A stretch of 64,000 bases of DNA, taken from NCBI GenBank assembly GCA_950097015.1, contig CATNEN010000011.1, positions 1,550,001 through 1,614,000 of the forward strand, given 5' to 3'. Below are positions 48,546 through 60,130 of this stretch, in pieces. Under the pieces are notes generated by a model. That model saw only the letters and a program-made list of their open reading frames with translations. It searched no databases and was not told where the DNA came from. Both the position numbers and the translations under genes were made by a program. Numbering within the stretch: the first letter of the stretch is position 1; the number at the start of each line of letters is the position of its first letter. Origin of the DNA: Macrostomum hystrix. Lineage: Eukaryota; Animalia; Platyhelminthes.

Positions 48546-49194
48546 GTTGTTACCGAATGTTGTGTTTTCATTGAAAATACTATAATTCCTATTTCTGCTT
48601 GAGCAACTGCAAGAGAGTTAATACGCCGATAATAATTGCTTTCTAAGAAAGAAAACAGTTCGTAAACGCGCGCAGATTAACATGGAAGCAAAGCCATTGT
48701 TAAGTGTCTGCATTCAAATGGCATTCAATTTTCGCTTTCCAACATAACTCTAGCCCAGATGGTGCCATAACATTTTCCAAAATGTCTAAATAGTTTTTAT
48801 CATGCAATTGCCAACCAAGCAGCAGGAATAACACTAGGACTCGATCAAGGACCTATCCATCAATCTGGAACCGATTTCTCGTGCCCAAGTTTCTGTATAA
48901 ATACAAATAAATGCTATAGAATGAAGAAGTTAGCACTGGGCCAAATCAACACCGAATAAATGCTTGTTAGATAGAATTTGGGAAAGGAGCAAATTGACTA
49001 ATGGGTTTTTTATTCATCCTCAACGTTTTGCAGCTCGTCTGCTTCTAGCGATTTCCCACCTGGAAATTTTTCTTCGAATTTTCGCGCTGTATTAACATTA
49101 TTTCCGCCATGTTCTACGGGTACATATAATGTTGGACTTAAAATAGCCACTGACTCTCACACATATTTTATAATTGAATAGCCTATTTCAATTA

Positions 49195-50360
49195 TAAGGT
49201 GGACACCGACCCTCTTCAAGTCCTTTTCCAGACACCCAGTCCTTTTCTATAAGGTGAACACCCAGTCTTTGAACAAGACCGTCTTTGAGGCGGACACCCA
49301 AACCTGTCTAAGGTGGACATTCAGTCCTGTCTAAGGTGGACACCCAATCCTGTCTAAGGTGGACACTCAGTCCTGTCTAAGGTGGACACCCAATCCTGTC
49401 TAAGGTGGACACTCAGTCCTGTCTAAGGTGGACACCCAATCCTGTCTTTGAGGTGGACACAAAATCCTGTCTTTGAGGTGAACACAAAATCCTGTCTAAG
49501 GTGGACACCCAATCCTGTCTAAGGTGGACACCCAATCCTGTCTAAGGTGGACACCCAATCCTGTCTAAGGTGGACACTCAGTCCTGTCTAAGGTGGACAC
49601 CCAATCCTGTCTAAGGTGGACACTCAGTCCTGTCTAAGGTGGACACCCAATCCTGTCTTTGAGGTGAACACAAAATCCTGTCTAAGGTGGACACTCAGTC
49701 CTGTCTAAGGTGGACACCCAATCCTGTCTAAGGTGGACACTCAGTCCTGTCTAAGGTGGACACAAAATCCTGTCTTTGAGGTGAACACAAAATCCTGTCT
49801 AAGGTGGACACTCAGTCCTGTCTAAGGTGGACACCCAATCCTGTCTAAAGTGGACATTCAGTCCTGTCTAAGGTGGACACAAAATCCTGTCTTTGAGGTG
49901 AACACAAAATCCTGTCTAAGGTGGACACCCAATCCTGTCTTTGAGGTGGACACACAATCCTGTCTTTGAGGTGGACACAAAATCCTGTCTAAGGTTGACA
50001 CCCAATCCTGTCTAAGGTGGACACTCAGTCCTGTCTAAGGTGGACACCCAATCCTGTCTAAGGTGGACACTCAGTCCTGTCTAAGGTGGACACCCAATCC
50101 TGTCTAAGGTGGACACCCAATCCTGTCTAAGGTGGACACTCAGTCCTGTCTAAGGTGGACACCCAATCCTGTCTAAGGTGGAAACCCAATCCTGTCTAAG
50201 GTGGACACCCAATCCTGTCTAAGGTGGACACTCAATCCTGTCTAAGGTGGACACCCAATCCTGTCTAAGGTGGACACTCAATCCTGTCTAAGGTGGACAC
50301 CCAATCCTGTCTAAGGTGGACACCCAATCCTGTCTAAGGTGGACAGTCAGTCCTGTCTGA
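49195..50360. repeat. 23/25-bp minisatellite (aaggtggacacccaatcctgtct), GTGGACACCCAATCC family
   Basis: Tandem repeat with cccaa/tcag/aaaa variants. Confidence 0.96.
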
Positions 50361-50921
50361 ACACTCGAGTGTTGAAAGATATCTGATGTTAATGGTGACA
50401 GTAGCAACCTAGAAGAAATGACTATAGCACTACTGACAACCATAACACTACCCCATGTTTGTCATGCATTTTTACTAATAATGTATTGCTTCGGTAAGAA
50501 ATTTCTATAAGACGTGAAAGATATGGCTTTTAATATATCATCTATGTTTCTTTCGCTTTAGCAATTCAAGTTAAATAACGAGGCATCTAGGTTACTATGT
50601 ATTAAAAATAATAATAAAAAGGTATAGCCTTATCCTTGGCATGGATTTAGAATAAACACACGTTCTATAGTCTCTGCTTTTAGTAGGAATGTTCGGATAA
50701 AAAAAGCTTTATATAACTCGCATATTTAACTAATATTTAACTAATAGTTCATAAAAGTCAGACAAAAAATATTAAATCAATAATAATCAGTTTTGTCATG
50801 AAAATGTAGTTTTTTTGGCAAAAAAGTGTCGAGTAAACAGTACATTATAGTTGCAAAAATCACTAACTACTGGGCTAAAGTAGGCATTCGTGATAATCGC
50901 ACACAGCAGAGGAATTATATC

Positions 50922-52085
50922 GAATCGGGATATTTAAAATCGGGGCTTAAAATCCCAGAATCGGGGCTTAAAATCCCAGAATCGGGACTTAAAATCCCAG
51001 AATCGGGACTAACAACTTTAGAATCGGGACTAACAATCCCAGAACCAGGATCAACAACTTTAGAATCGGGACTAACAATCCCAGAATCAGGATCAACAAC
51101 TTTAGAATCGGGACTAACAATTTTAGAATCGGGACTAACAACTTTAGAATCGGGACTAACAATCCCAGAATCGGGACTAACAACTTTAAAATCGGGACTA
51201 AGAACTTTAGAATCGGGACTAATAAATTTAGAATCGGGACTAACAATCACAGAATCGGGACTAAAAATCACAGAATCGGGACTAAAACTCACAGAATCGG
51301 GACTTAAAATCTCAGAATCGGGACTAACAATCCCAGAATCGGGACTAACAACTTTAGAATCGGGACTAACAATCCCAGAATCGGGACTAACAACTTTAGA
51401 ATCGGGACTAACAACTTTAGAATCGGGACTAACAACTTTAGAATCGGGACTAACAACTTTAGAATCGAGACTAAAAATTTTAGAATCGGGACTAAAAACT
51501 TTAGAATCGGAACTAACAACTTTAAAATCGGGACTAACAACTTTAGAATCGGGACTAACAACTTTAGAATCGGGACTAACAACTTTAGAATCGGGACTAA
51601 CAACTTTAGAATCGGGACTAAGAACTTTAGAATCGGGACTAACAACTTTATAATCGGGACTAACAATCCCAGAATCGGGACTAACAATCTCAGAATCGGG
51701 ACTAACAACTTTAGAATCGGGACTAACAATCTCAGAATCGGGACTAACAACTTTAGAATCGGGACTAACAATCTCAGAATCGGGACTAACAACTTTAGAA
51801 TCGGGACTAACAACTTTAAAATCGGGACTAAGAACTTTAGAATCGGGACTAACAATCCCAGAATCGGGACTAACAATCTCAGAATCGGGACTAACAACTT
51901 TAGAATCGGGACTAACAATCTCAGAATCGGGACTAACAACTTTAGAATCGGGACTAACAACTTTAAAATCGGGACTAAGAACTTTGGAATCGGGACTAAC
52001 AACTTTAGAATCGGGACTAACAATCCCAGAATCGGGACTAACAATCTCAGAATCGGGACTAACAACTTTAGAATCGGGACTAACA
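50922..52085. repeat. 21-bp minisatellite (gaatcgggactaacaacttta) immediately downstream of the CYP stop codon
   Basis: ~55 copies; explains the ESGLTTL/LLVPILK ORFs. Confidence 0.97.
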
Positions 52086-52109
52086 GCACTGGTATACGCT
52101 TGGCTACAG

Positions 52110-55100
52110 TCAGTCCCTGGGAATGAGGCTCAGCAGATGCGGCTCAGGCCCTCGCACAATACCATCGGTGCCAACCAATAGGCTCTCGCCCATAGCCAGA
52201 CAGTCCTGCGTAGCAACAATATCGAATTGTTGCAATAGGCTGGCGAACAATAGAAATGTTTCAGCTCTGGCCAAACCCTCGCCTAGACAGGATCTTCTGC
52301 CCATCCCGAATGGGATCAGATATTGCGACGGTTGATAGCGACCTTGCGAGTCCAGAAATCTGTCCGGTTTGAATTTATCCGGCTCAGGGAAAAATCTAGC
52401 ATCCCTGTGATGACCGTAGAGATTAACAAACACAATGGCGTCGGATGGAATTCGGTGGCCGAGAAATTCCGTGTCTCGCAGAACGCGTCTGTAGGTGGGG
52501 ATGATTTTTTGTTTATTTAATGTCGAAATTTTTTGTCATAAATTTTTTTACATTTTTATTCGGTCATACTATGAATGAGTAAATTAATTCGGTTATACCC
52601 GTGACTAAGTCATTTGATTCGGTGATAAAACTCTTATTAAATACCTTTGACTGGGTCATTTTTTGGTCATAGACCAGTTCTCAACTAACCTCTGACTGGG
52701 TCATTTAATGACCTCACTTCCGATCCACTTTAGTCATTGAATGGGAAGTTGTAGCCTTGTGGTTAGAGCGTCGGAGTCACGACAATTTGAGTCCTTTAGC
52801 AAGACATAAATCCTAACTTCTATCTTTGATTGGGCCATTTAGGTTCTAGATACCAGCCGGTCATTCACCTGTCAACATTGTGCACCAGAATACTGCTCAT
52901 CCTTAGTCCCTCGTCAATGAAAGCCTGGACCTGATGCAGTCGCCTTTTATCGTCTAGCCGGACGGGGGCTCCGTTCAGCTCGTTGGCTAGCTCAGTCTGG
53001 CACAGCCGCTGCTGCTCAGGATTCAGAGCACTGTACAACAGCAGCCAACCTAGTGTGGCTGTAGTTGTGTCTGAACCGGCAATGTACAAATCCAGCACGG
53101 TCTGAAATGGGGCAATTAAAATGCTTTTTAGTTGGGTTTTTACCAAATTCGATAATGAATTAAACGTTTTCTTTAACGGACTTCAAGAATGACTCATTAG
53201 TTGGGTTTTTAACGGACTTCAAGAATGACTCATTAGTTGGGTTTTTAACGGACTTCAAGAATGGCTCTTTAGTTGGGTTTTTAACGGACTTCAAGAATGG
53301 CTCATTAGTTGGGCTTTTAACGGACTTCAAGAATGGCTCATTAATTGGGTTTTTAACGGACTTCAAGAATGGCTCATTAGTTGGGCTTTTAACGGACTTC
53401 AATAATGGCTCTTTAGTTGGGTTTTAAACGGACTTCAAGAATGGCTCATTAGTTGGGTTTTTAACGGACTTTAAGAATGGCTCATTAGTTGGGTTTTTAA
53501 CGAACTTCAATAATGGCTCATTAGTTGGGTTTTTAACGGACTTCAAGAATGGCTCATTAGTTGGGCTTTTAACGGACTTCAAGAATGGCTCATTAGTTGG
53601 GCTTTTAACGGACTTCAAGAATGGCTCATTAGTTGGGCTTTTAACGGACTTCAAGAATGGCTCATTAGTTGGGCTTTTAACGGACTTCAAGAATGGCTCA
53701 TTAGTTGGGTTTTTAACGGACTTCAAGAATGGCTCATTAGTTGGGTTTTTAACGGCCTTCAAGAATGGCTTCTAGAATTTGAATCTAAGAGTCAATTATC
53801 GTTATTCACCTGCATTAGCTGCTCATCATCGAAGGTGCCAATGTCTTCCCCGGCAGACAGTCGACGCCTCTGCTCCCGTAGATAAGCTTCAACAAAATTT
53901 GCCGGCTCTGAGTCAGCCTGACTATCGTTGAATTCTTGTCGAATCTTGTCGACTCGACTGCGGCAAACTCGGCTAAGCCAGTCGCGAGATACAACCGGCC
54001 TGTTGAGGCCGGGTAGCAGGTTAACTAGCCAGGACTGGCACAGGAACGGATAGAACAGTGTCAGGAACTGTGCAGGACTGCCCAGCTGCGTCATGTTTGA
54101 CACGTGATCGATTGTGACCTGAAAGTCTACATCTTCGTAGCCGCAGCGTTCGCTGAAGACCAGGCCGCCAATTACATTCGCTACGGCCTGCGCAGCCACG
54201 GATGGAGGGTGGGCGATGACTGCTGGTGAGCTGACTGGATGAGACAGGGGAGAGATGAGACAGTGGAGAGATGAGACACGGGAGAGAATCGACAGGGGAA
54301 AATGAGACATGGGAGAGATAAGACACGGGAGAGATGAGACACGGGAGAGAATCGACAGGGGAAAATGAGACATGGGAGAGATAAGACACGGGAGAGATGA
54401 GACACGGGAGAGACGAGACAGGGAGAGATGAGACACGGGAGAGATGAGACACGGGAGAGACGAGACAGGGAGAGATGAGACACGGGAGAGATAAGACACG
54501 GGAGAGATGAGACAGGGAGAGATGAGACAGGGAGAGATGAGACAGGGAGAGATGAGACAGGGAGAGATAAGACAAAGGAGAGATGAGACAGGGAGAGATA
54601 AGACACAGGAGAGATGAGACAGGGAGAGATAAGACAGGAAGAGATGAGACAGGGAGAGATAAGACACAGGAGAGATGAGACAGGGAGAGATAAGACAGGA
54701 AGAGATGAGACAGGGAGAGATAAGACAAAGGAGAGATGAGACAGGGAGAGATAAGACACAGGAGAGATGAGACAGGGAGAGATAAGACACAGGAGAGATG
54801 AGACAGGGAGAGATAAGACAGGAAGAGATGAGACAGGGAGAGATAAGACACAGGAGAGATGAGACAGGGAGAGATAAGACAGGAAGAGATGAGACAGGGA
54901 GAGATAAGACAAAGGAGAGATGAGACAGGGAGAGATAAGACACAGGAGAGATGAGACAGGGAGAGATAAGACAGGGAGAGATGAGACTAGGGAGGGATGA
55001 GACAGGGGAGGGATAAGACAGGGAGAGATGAGACAGTGGAGGGATGAGACAGGGGAAGATAAGAGAGGGGAGAGATGAGACAAGGGAAGATAAGAGAGGG

Positions 55101-55787
55101 GAGAGATGAGACAGGGGAAGATAAGAGAGGGGAGAGATGAGACAGGGAAGATAAGACAGGACACACAAACCTTAGACAGCAGATCCTTGGTATTGACAGA
55201 CCGACCCTGTAAACTAGTAATTCTGGCGGTCAATTCAACAGCTTCAGCCGCAATGACCTCTTCCATGCGAGACCTGGAAGTGGGTTGATTGACATAGAAC
55301 TACATAGAGAAAAACTATGACTATTTATCAAGCCTCGTCATCCAAGTAGACAGATTCACCTGCCCAATCCAAGATCTCGGAGCACTCTAAGCGCAAATCT
55401 CCTATGCTCCTTCCAGACTGGGCCCTCTGAGAGGATGACACCTTTACCGCCGGACACCAGGCGATAGAACGGGTTGTTAGGCCTGCCAGAGAATGCGTCA
55501 CCGGAGTCGGCAAATGCAGTTTTTATGGCTTCATAGCCGTTAATAACAATGAATCTCTGAAGGCCAACCATATTAGTGGTGACTGGATGGTGCTGTGTCT
55601 CCAGCATATCTTGAAACTGGCGTCTCTTCGGATCTCGAAAATGTTTCCAAGCTAGAAACGGTAGGCGGCCTAGAAAGGGCACCTCGCACTGGTGAGGCAT
55701 GGCAACTCGACCGGAATCGCGAGCATAGACGTAGTGCCATAGAAGCCACAAGCAGAATAGAGCAGCGAAACTTAGCTCCAAAAGCAT
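52110..55787 (-). CDS. Cytochrome P450, clan 2-like; exons 55787-55360, 55273-55171, 54187-53810, 53101-52869, 52488-52110; 506 aa
   Basis: N-terminal anchor, WKEHR (C-helix), AGSDTT (I-helix), EGLR (ExxR), PDRF, FGMGRRSCLG heme motif. All four introns are GT-AG with compatible phases (2,0,0,2); total 1521 nt. Confidence 0.95.
52744..52820 (+). mobile_element. Deleted SINE family-1 fragment in CYP intron 4
   Basis: ggaagttgtagccttgtggttagagcgtcggagtcacg (A-box head) fused to gtcctttagcaagaca (central domain); B-box deleted. Confidence 0.7.
53160..53770. repeat. 36-bp minisatellite (tttttaacggacttcaagaatggctcattagttggg) filling CYP intron 3
   Basis: ~17 tandem copies. Confidence 0.97.
54238..55165. 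repeat. ~16-bp GA-rich minisatellite (gagatgagaca[c/g]ggga) filling CYP intron 2
   Basis: Tandem repeat; reverse complement of the array inside the MITE at 15670-16612. Confidence 0.96.
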
Positions 55788-55855
55788 TGTTGCTTTTCAA
55801 CTGCCTGGAACCTGAAGGTTTCGTTGGTCCGTTTGGACTTCTGCTGCGATTCTAG

Positions 55856-56605
55856 CTATGGTTCGGAATACGTACGATTCCAGCTACGATTCTAGATATG
55901 GTTCTTGCTACGATTCTCGCTTCGATTCTAGAAATGGTTCTAGCTACGATTCTAGATATGGTTCTTGCTACGATTCTCGCTACGATTCTAGCTATGGTTC
56001 TAGCTACGATTCTAGCTACGGTTCTAGCTTCGATTCTAGCTTCGATTCTAGCTATGGTTCTAGCTACGATTCTAGCTACGGTTCTAGCTTCGATTCTAGC
56101 TGTGGTTCTAGCTATGGTTCTTGCTACGATTCTAGCTATGGTTCTAGCTTCGATTCTAGCTACGGTTCTAGCTTCGATTCTAGCTGTGGTTCTAGCTATG
56201 GTTCTAGCTATGGTTCTAGCTACGATTCTAGCTATTGTTCTAGCTACGATTCTAGCTATGGTTCTAGCTACGATTCTAGATATGGTTCTAGCTACGATTC
56301 TAGATATGGTTCTAGCTACGATTCTAGCTATGGTTCTAGCTACGATTCTAGCTATGGTTCTAGCTTCGATTCTAGCTATGGTTCTAGCTTCGATTCTGCT
56401 TTGATTCTAGTCATGATTCTAGCTTTGATTCTAGTCATGATTCTAGCTGTGATTCTAGCCATTATTCGTACTATGATTCTAGCTATAATTCTGCTTTGAT
56501 TCTAGCTATAATTCTGGTTCGATTCGAGCTATAATTCTGCTTCGATTCTAGCTATAATTCTGCTTCGATTCTAGCTATAATTCTGCTTCGATTCTAGCTG
56601 TGATT
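55856..56605. repeat. 12-bp minisatellite (ctacgattctag/ctatggttctag alternating) just upstream of the CYP start
   Basis: Tandem repeat with dimeric variants; explains the SSYD/MVLATILA ORFs. Confidence 0.95.
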
Positions 56606-57440
56606 CTCTCACTGTTAACAAATGTTTTTTAGAACTAAAAATTAGTTTAAAAAAATCAAATCAAATATGAAGCCTGTTTTTAAATTAATTCGTTTCTTTA
56701 GCTAATCAATTGACTTACTCCTTCAACTATTGTATTTGTAAGCGCTTGTGTTCACTGTGTATTTCACTGCACTCAGAGCATTTTAGAGGATATTGTCTGC
56801 GACAAAGAAAACTAAACAAGACAAACTAGACAAAAAAGCAGGACTAGAATAAATTTAAACGAACTTAAACTTAGCATTTCTAAATCTCCTTTTTAATATG
56901 CCCACCGCAACCCCATTATATCTCTCAGAGACAGTTATTGACTTTCGTAATGGACTGTACTCTATCTGCCATTTACGGTTAAATTTATAGTAGTAAGCCA
57001 TGTAAAAAACCTATAGAAAACTACAAAACCGCAAAAAACTAAGCAAAATAACAAAAATAAAAGCAAAAACTATAAAACTAGAATAGTGAGAAAAAATCTA
57101 AATACTACATCGAAACGATGTTCGAAAGCCGGATTGATAAATGAAAGATGATCGATCAAAAAATGAAAGAATGAGCATGAATAATACAAAAAAAATATAA
57201 ACTCCTGTTCTAAGATTACCGAAGTCTGGAAAAAGGACACTAAAAGCATTATTGTTTTAAATGAAGCAACGAAAAACAACATTAAAAAGCTAATTAAAAA
57301 CACTTTGAGACTCGACAATTGATGCAGAAACAAATTGTTCGTTATTATTCAACGAGAATTCGTTCAATAAAACGGCCCTTTTTAGGGTCACCAATTGTAC
57401 TTTAGTACAACGAAACCTGGATATTGAGTATAAAGAAAAC

Positions 57441-57656
57441 CAGTGGCGCAACCAGGTTTTGCCTTAGGGTGCGGTCTTTGCGTACATTACCCTTTGCGTA
57501 CATTGCCCTTTGCGTACATTGCCCTTTGCGTACATTGCCCTTTGCGTACATTGCCCTTTGCGTACATAGCCATTTGCGTACATTGCCCTTTGCGTACATT
57601 GCCCCGCGGGTCGAAGGGGGGGCGGCCGCAACCCCCGCCCCCCGGTTGCTCCACTG
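57441..57656. mobile_element. 216-bp hAT-type (Tip100-like) MITE containing a 16-bp tandem repeat
   Basis: TIRs CAGTGGCGCAACCAGG and CCCGGTTGCTCCACTG (14/16); 8-bp flanks AAGAAAAC/AAGAAAAT (7/8); ~8 copies of tttgcgtacattgccc inside; G/C-run subterminal region. Confidence 0.82.
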
Positions 57657-57771
57657 AAGAAAATAATTTAGCCCACAAAATGCTTTCGAAGCAAATAAAC
57701 AGTTTATTGTTCAGTTCATTTTGTGTTTATTAAATTCGAACTAATGTAAAAAAAATCCCCTATTATCCACT

Positions 57772-60120
57772 TCACTTATCGTTGTTGGATTCACTTAGCT
57801 TCTTGCGCAAACTTTCCGGCATGGCCGGTGGCGGCGGTCGGGGCATGCGCAGCACCACCTTGACAGTGTCATAGATAAACCACTGCAGAGCTGTCAGGGT
57901 GCCAATCATTATGATGCGAGCGCCTAGGCCCTTCCACATAGCTGTGGGAGGAATTTATGATTAAGATTTTATTATAGAGATTAATGTTTAAATGAATCTC
58001 TGAATGATTAATTCAAAACGACCGAACAAAATAGCCATTGGGTGTTTTGACCAAATGCCCAATCAAAATACTCAATATGGATTAAACCGAAACAAAAAAA
58101 ACGCTGAAGAGATTAACACTCCACCAAAAAATACCCAGGCTGGATTAAGGAGCGAACAGAGAGACCCAGATCAGATTAACTACTTGTAGAAATATTCCGA
58201 TCGGATTAACGGCCAGTCAAAATAACCATTTAGGATTAACGGCCAACTAAAATACCCAGATAGGATTAACGGCCAGTAAAAATACACAGATCGGATTAAC
58301 GGCCAGTCAAAATAATCATTTAGGATTAACGGCAAACTAAAATACCCAGATAGGATTAACGGCCAACTAAGATACCCAGATAGGACTAACGGCCAACTAA
58401 AATACCCAGATAGGATTAACGGCCAGTAAAAATACACAGATCGGATTAACGGCCAGTCAAAATAATCATTTAGGATTAACGGCAAACTAAAATACCCAGA
58501 TAGGATTAACGGCCAACTAAGATACCCAGATAGGATTAACGGCCAACTAAAATACCCAGATAGGATTAAAACTCCGTGTTAGGATTAACGGCCTATAAAA
58601 ATGCCCTGTTAGGATTAACGGCCAGTGAAAAAACCGAATAGGGATTAACGGCTAGTTAAAATACTCAGGGTTAACAGGACATTGAAATATCTAGTAGGGA
58701 AAAATGGCTAACCGAAATACCAAAAGAATTATGTATTTTGAGAGGCGACAAAAATACTCACATTTGACTAAATGTATTATTAGTTAGTTTTAATAACTAA
58801 TATCTAAATATTTAACAAACATTGATCATACCCTTCCATCCTAGAGTCTTGGCTACGCCAACCAATCCAGCATCTGGCATCTGGTTAAGCTTGGACACCA
58901 TTGTATCAGCCGGGTGGGATACAATAGCGCAGAACACGCCAGCAATGTATCCGGCAACAAAGGTGACAGTTAGCTGCTCAGTTTTATTGCACTGCTCCCT
59001 AGGCTTGGGTACAACGTATTTGTACAGGGCTTCAACGGTTCGCTCGAAGCAGGCGAATTTCATCATTGTGTAGGGAATCTGGCGACCCCACAACGGTGGC
59101 AGGCCCTTGTAGAATGTCATAGGACCCTCGGCTGCTAGCATCTTTGGAAATGCCTCCCTGAGATTATTAGCGAAGCCGGGTTTGGTTTGAATGCGCACTT
59201 TAGTTGCTTCCATCGGAGCTAGCATCATGTCGGCAAAGAATTCGGCACTGGCGCTGGCCGCTAGATACAGGCTGGTGCGATACAGATAGGCTCTCTCTGG
59301 ACCCATCAGATCGCTGTAGACATTCTTGAACACTTCGTAGAAGCCGAATTTTCCTAGGCCCTTTTGGAAGAAAGAAACGATACATGAAAAAAAAATATAT
59401 ATAAACAGATTTTAACAAAATTATAATTAATTTTTTATGGAAAGCAGCAAGGAGGCAATGCTGCTCATTTGGCTGACTCCTGAGCACACGCACACGCAGA
59501 CTTTCTCATCGTCAGGCAGTGTACATTCCACGGTGCCTTGGAGGTTGGCCCTCAAGGGCGTAAATTGCACGACAAGCCCTCAAGCCTTCTCTCCGCGGCT
59601 GCGCCCCAAATTAATGTGGCCTCGCCGTGGAATCGAACTTAGGGATCTTGGTGCGAGAGGCAAATGCGTTAAGCACTGTGCAACTCACTCCGATTAGATT
59701 TGAATATATACGAGCTAATATGTTAGATTTGTAGAGCTCACACAGATTAGCAAACAGTCAGATGAGCACTTCAAAACAAAGTTGCTGTTTCACCTGCATT
59801 GAGTATCCAATGAATGTTGGTGCCCAACCCTTGGCCAGGCCGCGAACACCGTCCTCCGCTAGAGTAACCTTGAATCCTTTGAAAATGCCAGGATATTTCG
59901 CAGGGTCAACCTGCATGCGACATTTAACCAGATCTAGAGGCACAACACCAGTGTGGGTCAGGCCGCAGCTGATCACACCGCCAAGGCCGCAGTAGGCATA
60001 GTACTGACCGGAGCCAAACTCGCAGCTGTACTGCTGCTGCTCTTGTTGCGGCGAAGCAACTGCTCCAGCTTTGGCACTTTGAGCTGAGATTGTTGGAGGC
60101 TGATGCAGCTTGCGAAACAT
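57772..60120 (-). CDS. SLC25A3: Mitochondrial phosphate carrier (PiC); exons 60120-59794, 59360-58832, 57941-57772; ~341 aa
   Basis: CGLTHTGVVPLDLVKCRMQVDP, KGWAPTFIGYSMQ|GLGKFGFYEVFK, LAPMEATKVRIQT, PLWGRQIPYTMMKFACFE, IIMIGTLTALQWFIYD, MPRPPPP; three PxD/ExxK carrier motifs; exon phases compatible. Start could instead be ATG 60159. Confidence 0.96.
58190..58640. repeat. 30-bp minisatellite (taggattaacggccaactaaaatacccaga) in PiC intron 2
   Basis: ~15 tandem copies. Confidence 0.95.
59490..59695 (-). mobile_element. SINE family 2 in PiC intron 1
   Basis: Reverse B-box-like ggaatcgaact (~59629) and tRNA-like head; body matches 26478-26590. Confidence 0.7.
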
Positions 60121-60130
60121 ACTGGGTGCT

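Noticed and set aside
18000-50360. CRISPR-like appearance of constant-core/variable-spacer arrays
   Set aside because: Variable parts are only 3-6 nt and recur, there are no unique 25-45 nt spacers or cas genes, and the context is eukaryotic.
53792-55266. 361-aa and 458-aa ORFs reading from CYP exons through intron 2
   Set aside because: The pyrimidine-rich repeat strand is simply stop-poor. The intron is 983 nt (not a multiple of 3), and clean GT-AG splicing gives a canonical 506-aa P450.
7754-58485. Dozens of long periodic ORFs (e.g. 7754-8467, 8897-9709, 13952-14774, 22024-23103, 24587-25501, 45511-46140, 47189-48571, 50826-52089, 55858-56499)
   Set aside because: They coincide with tandem arrays whose units lack stop codons in some frames, have no splice context or domain motifs, and often occur on both strands.
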